Below are positions 45,954-56,565 of a stretch of DNA of 64,000 bases, piece by piece. Each line of letters opens with the position of its first letter. Positions within the stretch are counted from its first letter, which is position 1. The DNA is taken from positions 140 through 64,139 of the forward strand of contig CALEHV010000035.1 of NCBI GenBank assembly GCA_937876465.1. Direction: 5' to 3'. This stretch comes from an uncultured Bacillota bacterium. GTDB taxonomy: Bacteria; Bacillota_I; Bacilli_A; RFN20; CAG-826. The translations under genes and the position numbers were made by a program. Under the pieces are notes generated by a model. The model saw only the letters and a program-made list of their open reading frames with translations, was not told the DNA's origin and did not search any database.

Positions 45954-46634
45954 ATGAGCGCTACTAAAAACACCGATAAAAACGAAACATCTAAACGTAA
46001 AATCAAAGGAAATTGGTTCTACTTCTCAGTTAAACGTTTCCTTGATTTATTATTTTCTACAATCGCAATAATTGTTTTAGCGCTTCCAATGTTGGTTTTT
46101 GCAATCATTGTAAAATGCTCATCAAAAGGCCCTGCAATATTTGCAGATCAACGTGTTGGCAAAAATGGAAATTTAATAAAAGTGCTAAAGTTCAGAAGCA
46201 TGTATGTTGACGCTGAAACAAATATCGACCACTACTTAACTCCTGAACAAAAAGAAATTTGGCTTCGTGAAAGAAAATTAGATGACGATCCAAGAGTTAC
46301 AAAATTTGGTCGCTTTATTAGAAAAACATCTATTGATGAATTGCCGCAATTATTTAATATTTGGATTGGCAATATGAGTTTTGTTGGTACACGTCCAATA
46401 ACAGTTAGAGAAATTGAAACTAATTTTACTGAAGAACAAAAACAAATTTTATATAAAGGAAAACCTGGTTTAACTGGGTATTGGCAAGTCTACGGAAGAG
46501 GCGAAGCCGAATATGAAAACAATGAACGACAAAAATATGAATTGGAATATTTTTACAGACGTTCAATTTTATTTGATTTCAAACTCGTTTTCTTAACAAT
46601 TCCAGTAGTTATTAAAGGAAAGGGAGCAAGATAA
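45954..46634 (+). CDS. initiating phosphoglycosyl transferase (bacterial sugar transferase family, small monotopic type)
   Basis: 226-aa ORF with KRFLDLLFS...TM, KFRSM, DELPQLFNIWIGNMSFVGTRP and PGLTGYWQV. Confidence 0.88.
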   Translation: MSATKNTDKNETSKRKIKGNWFYFSVKRFLDLLFSTIAIIVLALPMLVFAIIVKCSSKGPAIFADQRVGKNGNLIKVLKFRSMYVDAETNIDHYLTPEQKEIWLRERKLDDDPRVTKFGRFIRKTSIDELPQLFNIWIGNMSFVGTRPITVREIETNFTEEQKQILYKGKPGLTGYWQVYGRGEAEYENNERQKYELEYFYRRSILFDFKLVFLTIPVVIKGKGAR

Positions 46635-46635
46635 A

Positions 46636-47619
46636 ATGCCTAAAATGCTCTTTATTGCTCCAAATTTCTACTCATACCATGTTTTCATGAAAGAGGCTTT
46701 TGAAAATAAAGGTTATGAAGTTGATTATTTTGACGATAGACCTTCTACAGGCTTTTGGGACAAAGCGTTTTTAAGACTTAACAAGAAAATTCTTAAAAGA
46801 AAGATATCAAAATATTTTGATAAAATTTTAAATTCTGCAAAAGATAAACAATATGATGTTGTGCTTTGCATTTATGGTCAGTCTTTTACAAAAGAAATGT
46901 TTTCAAAACTTCGTAACGCCATTCCAAATGCACACTTCATTTTCTACATGTATGATCCTTTAGCATCCATGCCAGATAGACTTGAGATTGCAAAGATGTT
47001 TGATAAAGCCTATTCGTTCGACAATGACGATGTAAAAGAACACAGCGATGTCTTTGAACTTTTACCAGTCATGTTTTGCTACAAAAATTTTGAAAAAAGA
47101 AATCCTAAATACGATTTCTCCTTTGCAACAACAATCATGCCTGGAAAATACAAGTTGTCTAAAGAGATTATTGAGCAACTTAAAGAGAAAAATTATAAGG
47201 TTTATGAATTTAAATTCATTCAATCAAAACTTGTCTTAATGTATTATAAATCTAAGAACAAGGAGTTCAAAAAGGCTAAATTCAAAGAATTTGTGTATAA
47301 AAGAATGTCGTACGAAGACTCTTTAAAATTAATTGAAGACTCTAATGTAGTTATTGACATTCCGAAGCTACACCAATCTGGTCTAACAATGAAAACATTT
47401 GATTGTTTAGCCGCAGAAAAGAAACTTATTACTACAAACGAATCTATCAAGGAATACGATTTTTATAAGCCGGAAAATATTTATATTTACAAAGACAAAT
47501 TTGATTTCGATGACGTATTCTTCAAATCGGATTACGTTCCAGTTCCTGAAGAGATTAAGGAAAAATATTCATTAGAAAGCTGGGCAAAGAAAATTCTCAG
47601 CACATATGAGGGGAGATAA
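46636..47619 (+). CDS. uncharacterised polysaccharide-locus protein, possible CgeB/Glyco_trans_1_2-like glycosyltransferase (paralogue of 52567-53571)
   Basis: 327 aa. It shares KDKQYD[VL]V, FDKAYSFD and a C-terminal [20 protein letters not shown]-type motif with the paralogue. The family call is tentative. Confidence 0.45.
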   Translation: MPKMLFIAPNFYSYHVFMKEAFENKGYEVDYFDDRPSTGFWDKAFLRLNKKILKRKISKYFDKILNSAKDKQYDVVLCIYGQSFTKEMFSKLRNAIPNAHFIFYMYDPLASMPDRLEIAKMFDKAYSFDNDDVKEHSDVFELLPVMFCYKNFEKRNPKYDFSFATTIMPGKYKLSKEIIEQLKEKNYKVYEFKFIQSKLVLMYYKSKNKEFKKAKFKEFVYKRMSYEDSLKLIEDSNVVIDIPKLHQSGLTMKTFDCLAAEKKLITTNESIKEYDFYKPENIYIYKDKFDFDDVFFKSDYVPVPEEIKEKYSLESWAKKILSTYEGR

Positions 47620-47621
47620 AA

Positions 47622-48533
47622 ATGAAAGGTATTATTTTAGCAGGTGGATCTGGTACAAGACTATATCCATCAACATTAGTTACTAGTAAGCAATTGATGC
47701 CTATCTATGATAAGCCAATGATTTACTATCCATTAAGCACATTAATGCTTGCTGGTATCAAAGATATTTTGATTATTACTACACCTGAAGATAGTCCAAA
47801 ATTCAAACAATTCTTAGGCGATGGTTCAGCATTTGGCATTAATTTAAGTTACGCTATTCAGGCTGTACCAAACGGACTTGCTCAAGCTTTTGTTATTGGT
47901 GAACACTTTATTAATGGTGATGCATGTGCTCTTATTTTAGGAGACAACATTTTCTACGGAGCAAACTTAACTGCTCACTTACAAAACTCTGTTGCAAGAG
48001 CTAAGTTAGGAAAATGCACAATCTATGGTTACTATGTAAAAGATCCAGAAAGATTCGGAATTGTTGAATTAGACGAAAACAATAACGCTATTTCAATCGA
48101 AGAAAAACCAGAACATCCAAAATCAAACTACTGTGTCACTGGTTTATATTTCTATCCAAAGGATGTTGTTGAAAAAGCTAAAAAAGTTACTCCATCTAAA
48201 CGCGGAGAATATGAAATCACCTCCCTCAACAATATGTATCTTGATGAAAAACGCATTCACGTTACAACTCTTGGACGTGGTTACACATGGCTAGATACAG
48301 GAACACACGATTCATTAGTTGAAGCATCTGACTTTGTCAGAATGATGGAACGTCAACAAGGAATTCAAATCTCTTGTCCAGAAGAAATTGCATACATCAA
48401 TGGATGGATTTCTAAAGAAGATTTAATTGCAAAAGGCGAATTAATGAATAAAAACGAATATGGTCAACATTTATTGAATGTTGCTCAAGGAAAAATTAGA
48501 TATTCTGTTATTAAAAGAAAGGTCGTTAAATAA
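47622..48533 (+). CDS. rfbA: glucose-1-phosphate thymidylyltransferase
   Basis: [16 protein letters not shown]... with a full-length RmlA-like sequence. Confidence 0.95.
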   Translation: MKGIILAGGSGTRLYPSTLVTSKQLMPIYDKPMIYYPLSTLMLAGIKDILIITTPEDSPKFKQFLGDGSAFGINLSYAIQAVPNGLAQAFVIGEHFINGDACALILGDNIFYGANLTAHLQNSVARAKLGKCTIYGYYVKDPERFGIVELDENNNAISIEEKPEHPKSNYCVTGLYFYPKDVVEKAKKVTPSKRGEYEITSLNNMYLDEKRIHVTTLGRGYTWLDTGTHDSLVEASDFVRMMERQQGIQISCPEEIAYINGWISKEDLIAKGELMNKNEYGQHLLNVAQGKIRYSVIKRKVVK

Positions 48534-49087
48534 TGCTTAATTTTATTAAAACCGAAATTGAAGGTGTTTATATAATTGAACCAAAAGTATTTGGTGACAA
48601 TCGCGGTTATTTTATGGAAACTTATAGCGAACGTGATTTTATCGCTGCAGGTTTACATTACAACTTTATCCAAGATAACCAATCAAAATCTAAAAAAGGC
48701 GTTTTACGCGGCTTGCACTTCCAAAAATCACATCCACAAGCAAAGCTTGTTCGTGTAATTAAAGGCGAAGTGTACGATGTCGCAGTTGATCTTAGAGAAG
48801 GCTCTAAAACATACGGAAAATATGTTGGTGTCCTTCTTACAGAAGAAAACAAAAAACAATTTTTGATTCCGAGAGGTTTTGCTCACGGATTTTTAGTTGT
48901 TTCTGACGAAGCAGAATTTGTTTACAAATGTGACGAATTCTATCACCCAGAAGATGAGGGCGGAATCATGTGGAATGATAAAGACGTTAACATAAAATGG
49001 CCTGAAATTAATGGAGAAATCCTTCTTTCAGAAAAAGACAAATTACATCTTGCATTAAAAGACAGTAAGGTAAGTTTTAAATTATGA
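48533..49087 (+). CDS. rfbC: dTDP-4-dehydrorhamnose 3,5-epimerase
   Basis: 184-aa cupin with GDNRGYFMETY and LRGLHFQ. Confidence 0.93.
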   Translation: MLNFIKTEIEGVYIIEPKVFGDNRGYFMETYSERDFIAAGLHYNFIQDNQSKSKKGVLRGLHFQKSHPQAKLVRVIKGEVYDVAVDLREGSKTYGKYVGVLLTEENKKQFLIPRGFAHGFLVVSDEAEFVYKCDEFYHPEDEGGIMWNDKDVNIKWPEINGEILLSEKDKLHLALKDSKVSFKL

Positions 49088-49959
49088 GAATATTAGTTAC
49101 TGGAGTAAAAGGGCAACTTGGCTTTGATGTTCTAAAAGAACTATCGAAAAGAGGTTACAAAGATGTCCTCGGAATCGATAAAGACGAATTAGATATAACA
49201 AAAGAAGATGATGTAATTCGTTTTATTTCAGATTACAAACCAGATGTCGTTATTCATAACGCTGCTTGGACTGCAGTTGATAAAGCTGAAGAGAACAAAG
49301 ACAAGGTTTATGAAGTCAACTCTTTGGGTCCAAAATACATCGCAGAAGCCTGTAAAATTGTAAACGCTAAAATGGTCTATATTTCTACAGACTACGTCTT
49401 TGACGGACTAGGAGATAAACCATTTGAAGTTAATTCCCCTAAAAACGGTCTTTCAGTTTACGGATCAACAAAATCTAAAGGTGAAGACTTTGTAAAATCT
49501 ACTATAGATAAATATTTTATCATTCGTATTTCTTGGGTATTTGGTTTAAATGGAAATAACTTTGTTAGAACCATGATTAAACTTGCTCAAGCCGGCAAAG
49601 AAGAACTAAATATCGTTAACGATCAAATTGGTTCTGTTACATATACTGCGGATTTATCAAGATTAATTGTTGATATGGTTGAAACAGAAAAATATGGAAT
49701 CTACCATGCAACAAATGAAGGTTTCATATCTTGGGCCGAATTTGCACAAGAAATATTCAAAGCAACTAATTTTAATGTAAAAGTTAACAAAGTTACCACT
49801 GAAGAATATAAAAAACTTGTACCTAATCAAGCGGATAGACCTCTTAATTCAAGAATGTCAAAACAATCACTTGATGAAGCAGGTTTTAAGCGACTTCCAG
49901 AATGGAAATATGCTTTAAAAAGATATATTGAAGAATTAAAAGAAAACAAAATTTTATAA
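49084..49959 (+). CDS. rfbD: dTDP-4-dehydrorhamnose reductase
   Basis: MRILVTGVKGQLG..., STDYVFDG and YGSTK, in a 291-aa ORF. Confidence 0.93.
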   Translation: MRILVTGVKGQLGFDVLKELSKRGYKDVLGIDKDELDITKEDDVIRFISDYKPDVVIHNAAWTAVDKAEENKDKVYEVNSLGPKYIAEACKIVNAKMVYISTDYVFDGLGDKPFEVNSPKNGLSVYGSTKSKGEDFVKSTIDKYFIIRISWVFGLNGNNFVRTMIKLAQAGKEELNIVNDQIGSVTYTADLSRLIVDMVETEKYGIYHATNEGFISWAEFAQEIFKATNFNVKVNKVTTEEYKKLVPNQADRPLNSRMSKQSLDEAGFKRLPEWKYALKRYIEELKENKIL

Positions 49960-49970
49960 GGAGAATACTT

Positions 49971-50993
49971 ATGGCAAAATTTTTAATTACAGGCGGAGCA
50001 GGTTTCATTGGAGGAAACTTCTGCCACATTATGACAGAAATGTACCCAAACGATGAATATGTTTGCATTGATGCTTTAACATATGCAGGAAACCTCGAAA
50101 CACTTGAACCAATTATGAATAGACCAAATTTCAAATTTGTTCATGAAAATATCTGCAATAGAGAAGCAGTATTTGCTTTATTTGAAAAAGAAAAATTTGA
50201 TTATGTTATCAACTTTGCTGCAGAAAGTCATGTTGATAGATCAATCGAAAATCCAAGAATTTTCTTGGAAACAAATATTTTAGGTACTCAAACTTTAATG
50301 GATGCATGTAGAAAATATGGCATTAAAAGATACCATCAAGTTTCTACTGATGAAGTTTATGGAGATCTTCCTTTAGATAGACCTGATTTATTCTTCACTG
50401 AAGACACACCAATTCACACTTCAAGTCCATACAGTGCTTCTAAAGCTTCAGCCGACTTATTAGTTATGGCATACCACCGCACATTTGGTCTTCCAACAAC
50501 AATTTCACGTTGTTCAAATAACTATGGACCATATCACTTCCCAGAGAAATTAATTCCATTAATTATCAAAAAGGCTTTAGCAAACGAACCATTACCAATT
50601 TACGGTAAAGGTGACAACGTTAGAGATTGGTTACACGTTTACGACCACTGCACCGCTATTGACTTAATCGTTAGAAAAGGCAGAGATGGTGAAATTTATA
50701 ATGTTGGTGGTCACAACGAAAGAACAAACCTTCAAGTTGTTAAAGTAATTCTCAAAGAATTAGGAAAACCTGAATCGCTTATTACTTATGTAAAAGATAG
50801 AGCAGGTCACGATTTAAGATACGCAATGGACCCAACAAAATTAATGAATGAATTAGGTTGGAAACCAAAATATACTTTTGAAACCGGCATTGGTCCAACA
50901 ATCAAATGGAATCTCGAACACCAAGATTGGATTAACCATATCATTTCTGGTGAATACATGAGATTCATGGAACAAAATTACAAAAATAAATAA
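49971..50993 (+). CDS. rfbB: dTDP-glucose 4,6-dehydratase
   Basis: ITGGAGFIGGNF, QVSTDEVYG and YSASKASADL. Confidence 0.95.
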   Translation: MAKFLITGGAGFIGGNFCHIMTEMYPNDEYVCIDALTYAGNLETLEPIMNRPNFKFVHENICNREAVFALFEKEKFDYVINFAAESHVDRSIENPRIFLETNILGTQTLMDACRKYGIKRYHQVSTDEVYGDLPLDRPDLFFTEDTPIHTSSPYSASKASADLLVMAYHRTFGLPTTISRCSNNYGPYHFPEKLIPLIIKKALANEPLPIYGKGDNVRDWLHVYDHCTAIDLIVRKGRDGEIYNVGGHNERTNLQVVKVILKELGKPESLITYVKDRAGHDLRYAMDPTKLMNELGWKPKYTFETGIGPTIKWNLEHQDWINHIISGEYMRFMEQNYKNK

Positions 50994-50996
50994 TTA

Positions 50997-52565
50997 ATGA
51001 CGGAACAAGCAACTACTCAAAAATCCTTATCAAAAAATACGATTTGGTACTTGCTTTATAATGTACTGAACATTATTTTTCCTTTGCTAACAAGCATATA
51101 TGTAGCGAGAGTTTTACTCCCAGATACAATTGGCCAAGTTTATGATGCCCAAAACATTGCGTCATATTTTTCGGTTTTAGCTTTTCTTGGAATACCAACT
51201 TATGGTTTAAGAGAAATCGCAAAAATTAGAGGAAATAAAGAAGAGAGAAATCGATTATTTACTGAACTCTATATAATCAATTTAATTTCAACAATCATCT
51301 TTTCGATTGTATATGTTTCGGTAGTTTTTATAGTTCCTGAATTTAGAAATAATTTAGTTTTATATCTAGTTGCCGGAATAATAATTGTTATAAATGCATT
51401 TAATATTAATTGGCTTTATGAAGGCCTTGAAGAGTTTAAATTTGAATCAATAAGAAACCTAATTTGCAAGGCTTTAAGCTTCGTAATATTGGTTCTTTTT
51501 GTTAAAAATGACAGCAATTCCTTAATATTTGCTTCTATTCTTGCTATTGCGACAGGCCTAAATTATTTGGTTAATATGCTTGTCCATAGTAAGCATGCAA
51601 AATTCACATTTAAAAATTTAAATTTGAAGAGACACATGAAGCCTATTTTATTCTTAGTAGCAGTTAATCTAGCTATTGAAATATATACACTAGTAGATAC
51701 AACAATGATTGCTAGAATATGTGGAGAAGTTAATAAAGACCAGGTTGCTTTCTATGTAAACGGAAACAAAATTTTTAAAGTCTTTTTACAAGTCGTTAAC
51801 ACATTCACAATAGTTGTTGTTCCTCGATTAACAGAATACTTCCAAGACAAAAAACAAATAAACTTTAATAACCTTTTGTCAAAAACATTAAGAATTTTAA
51901 TTATGATTGCTATTCCGTTAGTAGTCGGAATTTTCTTCTTAGGAGATTTAGTAATTCAAATTCTTTATAGCAGCGATAAGAGTTCATACGAAACGTCTGG
52001 AACGGTATTGAAAATTTTAAGCCTGTCTTTAATTTTCTCTCCTATAGGTTATTTGCTTGGAAGCCGTGTCTGCTTAATTGCTGGCAAAGAAAAGAAAATG
52101 CTATTAAGTGTAGCTATTGGTGCGGTTTTAAATGTTGGTTTAAACTTCCTATTAATTAACCTTTTCCAATACAACAATTCAATCGTTGAATTTTTAAATT
52201 CACATTTTACACGTGAAAGTCATGTTGGGTTTGGTGAATTTGGGGCTGCTATCGCGTCTGTAATAAGCGAAATTGTTGTAATGATTGTTTATATTGCCCA
52301 AGGTAAAAAGTACTTTAAATTAAATGGATTATTCGACGACATCTTAAAACCAATTTTAGCAACCAATATTATGTTGTGTTTCCTAACAGTTCTAAATCTA
52401 TTCAATTTCAATTTCACTAATATCGTTTTAGTAAACCAAATCATTGAATTAGTTGCAAAATTTGTTGTTGGTTTATTAACTTATTTCATTTCACTTCTTG
52501 CACTACAACAAAAAGACGTTGTATATACACTTAACAAGTTAAAAATTAGATCTCATTCTAATTAA
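50997..52565 (+). CDS. wzx: Wzx-type polysaccharide flippase (MOP/PST family)
   Basis: 522-aa polytopic protein with about 14 predicted TM helices, in the locus position of a flippase. Confidence 0.75.
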   Translation: MTEQATTQKSLSKNTIWYLLYNVLNIIFPLLTSIYVARVLLPDTIGQVYDAQNIASYFSVLAFLGIPTYGLREIAKIRGNKEERNRLFTELYIINLISTIIFSIVYVSVVFIVPEFRNNLVLYLVAGIIIVINAFNINWLYEGLEEFKFESIRNLICKALSFVILVLFVKNDSNSLIFASILAIATGLNYLVNMLVHSKHAKFTFKNLNLKRHMKPILFLVAVNLAIEIYTLVDTTMIARICGEVNKDQVAFYVNGNKIFKVFLQVVNTFTIVVVPRLTEYFQDKKQINFNNLLSKTLRILIMIAIPLVVGIFFLGDLVIQILYSSDKSSYETSGTVLKILSLSLIFSPIGYLLGSRVCLIAGKEKKMLLSVAIGAVLNVGLNFLLINLFQYNNSIVEFLNSHFTRESHVGFGEFGAAIASVISEIVVMIVYIAQGKKYFKLNGLFDDILKPILATNIMLCFLTVLNLFNFNFTNIVLVNQIIELVAKFVVGLLTYFISLLALQQKDVVYTLNKLKIRSHSN

Positions 52566-52566
52566 T

Positions 52567-53571
52567 TTACTTTTCAATCAAATTTGAATTAACAATTTTA
52601 TCTATAAAAGATTTAAGCGAATATGATTCGCATATTTTTTGATCAATAGGTTCAAATTCCTTTTCAATAAATTCTTTGCTTATTTCTGAATAATTATCTG
52701 TAGAGAATACTGCGACATTATTTTTGCTATATAAATCATACTCAGCTATATTGGCGTTGTTTGTAATAATTTTTATATTAGATGTTAATGCATCAACACA
52801 ACGGTTAGTTAAACCATTTTGTTCAACTCTTGTTACATCAACTAACACTTTACCTTGATTGTATAAATTGTCTTTTTCTTCAGCATTTAAAGGCTTAAAA
52901 ACAAAGTCAGGCATTTTTGAACCTTTCATATATTTCGGATGCAAAATTTTATTCGCAATATAAGAAAATTTGTATCTAAAAAATTGCACAAATTTATATG
53001 TAATATTATTATCTTCGCAATATTTTGATAAATCTTTTAAAACTCTAAATCTACTTGGGGTTGCAGTGCCTAAATAAATAAGATCGTACTTCTTTTCGTT
53101 TTGATCTTTATTTAATTTAATTGGCTCCGAAAAATCTCCCTGATATTCTAATGAATATTCTTTGCAATCTGTTAAATCGAAAGAATAGAATTTATCAACA
53201 TGTTTAATATGGCTTTTTACTACAGGATACATTCTTAATGAATCCCACATAAAATATACTTTTTTTGTATTTTTGTAAGTTTCAACAAGGCTTATCATTT
53301 GCTTCTCAGAGAAAAATACTGGGGAACAAAAGAACACTAAATCATATTGTTTATCTTTGGTTTCTTTAATAATTCTTTTGGTGTGCTTTTTCATCATTAA
53401 AGATTTCATAAATGGAACATGATAAAAAAGTATTTTTGTAAAGAAATTTAATCTAGGTCTCCATTCAAAAACAGAAACGTTATAGCCTTGACGTTGTAAT
53501 TCTTCGATTATCTGATTTGATAAACGGAAGAAAACTTGAGTAATAAGAAGTATGTTTTTATTTTTGCCCAT
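52567..53571 (-). CDS. paralogue of 46636-47619 (possible CgeB-like glycosyltransferase)
   Basis: 334 aa. It is collinear with the other copy through KDKQYDLV, VDKFYSFD and a C-terminal GLTNRCVDALTSNIKIITNN-type motif. Confidence 0.45.
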   Translation of the reverse strand: MGKNKNILLITQVFFRLSNQIIEELQRQGYNVSVFEWRPRLNFFTKILFYHVPFMKSLMMKKHTKRIIKETKDKQYDLVFFCSPVFFSEKQMISLVETYKNTKKVYFMWDSLRMYPVVKSHIKHVDKFYSFDLTDCKEYSLEYQGDFSEPIKLNKDQNEKKYDLIYLGTATPSRFRVLKDLSKYCEDNNITYKFVQFFRYKFSYIANKILHPKYMKGSKMPDFVFKPLNAEEKDNLYNQGKVLVDVTRVEQNGLTNRCVDALTSNIKIITNNANIAEYDLYSKNNVAVFSTDNYSEISKEFIEKEFEPIDQKICESYSLKSFIDKIVNSNLIEK

Positions 53572-53594
53572 TTGTTTTTACCAAAACGACAAAG

Positions 53595-55010
53595 TTATGC
53601 AACTTTCCTTTCCAAATAGATTGAACGAATAGGAACCCAAATAAATACAGATAGCAAAGCATAATCAAAGTTGTAGGCGAATATAATTGTTCCGCTTTCA
53701 AACATCGTGTATATTAAGCAAGTTAAAATTATTAACCATTCCAATAAAACAATGTCTTTATTGTCTTTAAATATTTTGATCGATTGATATATCAAAATTC
53801 CAAACAAGATAAAGAAGGAAACTAATAGAACAACTCCACCATTACCGAGTAATTCAAGGAAGCCGTTATGAGCAGAATTAGTTTGGTTAATATTTTGTTC
53901 AAGTATAGGTTCCCAAGCCAGATTGAATTTATACAATAAATCGTTAAAAATTTGATAACCAGTTCCTACTCTCCAGTTTGAAACTTTAATGATATCAAAC
54001 GCATTTTGCCAAATTGAAACTCTACTATCAAAGGTATTGAAATTACCATAGGTAAAGAAATTATGAAGTAATGATGAAATCTTGTGAGTTACGAGTTCAA
54101 AGACTAATAAGCCAAGACCAATTAAAACTAAGATTCCTCCGACAATTATAACTATTAAAAGATTTCTTTTTGGATTGTCTTTCCAAGTCAATATAAGTCT
54201 TACAATTAAATAGCCAATATAAACAAGTGAACCAGCAAAAATTGGAAGTTTTGCAAATGTAAAGAACATCGAAATTACAAAATAAATTGGTAATAAAAGT
54301 GTCCACCATTTCTTTGTAAAATGATGCAACATAACTGAAGCAACAACACCCAAGAACATGATAAATCCAAAAGAATTGCCATTAGGAAATACAGAATGTA
54401 CAGCGTGAAGTTTAATATCGCTAGCATTCGGATTTGTAAAAATATAGTTGTAGCAGTAATTATACTCTGCGAAATAAGAAGCAATAATGAATGCTGCTAC
54501 AACCGCAACACAGCAAGCTGAAATAATAAACAATAATGCTTTATAGTTAAATATTTTTGGTAAGACGTCTAATGTAACAAATGTTAAAGATAAAACGATT
54601 AAAAATTGGGCAATAGATTTAACTCTTCTTATTCCTTCAACAGAGAAAATTAAATCTGATTTGTAGCCTTCACGCATTACATAATGTGAATATGCAACAT
54701 CGTTTGGGAAGAATATAACTGCAAGAATATTACAGACAAATAATACTCCCAAGAAAATAAGTAACGCTTTATTAGGAACATAATGTTTGTTTTTAACACC
54801 AAACACAAACATCAACGCAATACTAATTGCAAAAACTCCAAAGGATAAAAAGAAAAAGAAATCAGGTAAGGATAATAATTGCTCTTTGGTTCCAACTAAC
54901 ATTGTTACATTGCATACACAATAAAAACCTGTGCAAAAGGCAACGACCATAAGACCAAAAAATATCCAGAACCACTTATCCTTTAGTTTTGCAGCATATT
55001 CTCTAATCAT
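53595..55010 (-). CDS. O-antigen polymerase/ligase-like (Wzy_C) membrane protein
   Basis: 471-aa polytopic protein whose large periplasmic-type loop contains NSAHNGFLELLGNGG. Confidence 0.65.
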   Translation of the reverse strand: MIREYAAKLKDKWFWIFFGLMVVAFCTGFYCVCNVTMLVGTKEQLLSLPDFFFFLSFGVFAISIALMFVFGVKNKHYVPNKALLIFLGVLFVCNILAVIFFPNDVAYSHYVMREGYKSDLIFSVEGIRRVKSIAQFLIVLSLTFVTLDVLPKIFNYKALLFIISACCVAVVAAFIIASYFAEYNYCYNYIFTNPNASDIKLHAVHSVFPNGNSFGFIMFLGVVASVMLHHFTKKWWTLLLPIYFVISMFFTFAKLPIFAGSLVYIGYLIVRLILTWKDNPKRNLLIVIIVGGILVLIGLGLLVFELVTHKISSLLHNFFTYGNFNTFDSRVSIWQNAFDIIKVSNWRVGTGYQIFNDLLYKFNLAWEPILEQNINQTNSAHNGFLELLGNGGVVLLVSFFILFGILIYQSIKIFKDNKDIVLLEWLIILTCLIYTMFESGTIIFAYNFDYALLSVFIWVPIRSIYLERKVA

Positions 55011-55087
55011 AAAATTTCCCGCTCATATTATACATAAAACTTTTCTTTATTAGAAAACAAATATGTAAATAGAATCTTTGTTAACAA

Positions 55088-56482
55088 TTAAGCAATCATC
55101 GCTTTTTCAAACTTTGATAGTTTTACTTCATTGAAGTATATAGAAGAAATTGGAATCCAAATAAACATGCTAAATACTGTGTAATCTAAGTTGTTTGCAA
55201 AGCAAATACGTCCTGTTTCAAATGCTGAGAAAGCTAAACCGCATGTTATTAAAACGAATCCTAAAATTGAAGTTCTTGAATCTACTTTTGCAATTCGAAT
55301 ACAACGAACGAAAAGAATGATGTAAAACAATAAACCAATCAAAGCAAAAACTATGCCACCAGAACACAAAAAGTCTAAATAACCTTCATGGACTGTTGAT
55401 CCGTTTGTTGGAGTAGGTCCGCCAAACATATAACGCTCTAAAATGTAATCGAATTTCTTAAATCCGTAGCCATGACCTATATCAAATTGGGAGAATAATT
55501 TTAATGCATTATTCCAAAGCTCTATTCTTCCGGATAAACTTTCAATACCAGCATTTAAAGCTTTGAAAAACTTGCTAACCCATTGAGTTGCATTTTCTAA
55601 TGTTGTTAAAGCAATTACACCTGCAAAAAGTATTCCACTAACAATTATTATTGTTATAACATTCATGTTTCTATGTGTTTTAAACGTAATAATAAAGCGA
55701 ATAATAAAATAAACGACAAAGTAAACTAATCCAACGATCATTGATACTCTACAGAATGTAAATGGTATGTGTACTAAGAAATAAACCATTAATAAAATGA
55801 ACCACCATTTTCCGCTTCTATAATGCAAGATTGAACATGCAACCATTGCAGTAAAAAGTAAGAATGAATATGGATTTGGGTTAACAATTATTGATTGAAC
55901 TGAATTACTCTTAAACAAAGAAATTGAAGGCTCAGATATTCCTTTAAAAATTGCTATATATTTATCAGCCTCTAAACAATAAGAGATAATTACTAAAACA
56001 CCAACAATCGTCGCAAATAAAATTGCCAAAAGATTGGTTAATGTTTTTCCATCACATGTTTTTGGTAAGAAATCTATAACAATAAAGAATACAAGTAAGA
56101 CTAAAAAGAACTGCAAAATATTAAGTAAATCTTCCTTGAGAAGTTCATAAACTTTTGAACCATAAATCGGACTATCTAAAAACACAGAACTTCCCGACTT
56201 AAATGTTGTTATTAAATTAAGACAAAAAAGAATGGTAAAAATGCATAAAAATGCCATATTTGGTTTGTACTTGGATTTAACTGCTCCGATTACAAACAAA
56301 ACACAAGCTAAACCATTAGCAATCAAAAAGGCAATGTACGGAAAACTAACAGGAGGTAAAGCTAATTTCTCCATATCTTGTCCAATCATTTGAGCGTTAC
56401 AAACAGCAAAAAAGCTAATCGCCATTAGCAACGCAGACAATATGAAGTAAATTGTTGACCATCTGTTCCAATTTCTAAACAT
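55088..56482 (-). CDS. second O-antigen polymerase/ligase-like membrane protein (paralogue)
   Basis: 464 aa with the same topology as its neighbour. The equivalent loop motif is STVHEGYLDFLCSGG. Confidence 0.65.
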   Translation of the reverse strand: MFRNWNRWSTIYFILSALLMAISFFAVCNAQMIGQDMEKLALPPVSFPYIAFLIANGLACVLFVIGAVKSKYKPNMAFLCIFTILFCLNLITTFKSGSSVFLDSPIYGSKVYELLKEDLLNILQFFLVLLVFFIVIDFLPKTCDGKTLTNLLAILFATIVGVLVIISYCLEADKYIAIFKGISEPSISLFKSNSVQSIIVNPNPYSFLLFTAMVACSILHYRSGKWWFILLMVYFLVHIPFTFCRVSMIVGLVYFVVYFIIRFIITFKTHRNMNVITIIIVSGILFAGVIALTTLENATQWVSKFFKALNAGIESLSGRIELWNNALKLFSQFDIGHGYGFKKFDYILERYMFGGPTPTNGSTVHEGYLDFLCSGGIVFALIGLLFYIILFVRCIRIAKVDSRTSILGFVLITCGLAFSAFETGRICFANNLDYTVFSMFIWIPISSIYFNEVKLSKFEKAMIA

Positions 56483-56565
56483 AACTATTGTTTAGTTTAC
56501 TCTATTTATGTTTCTTATATCAAAAAAAATAATCGTAATTAAAAATTTGTATTACAATTGTAGCC

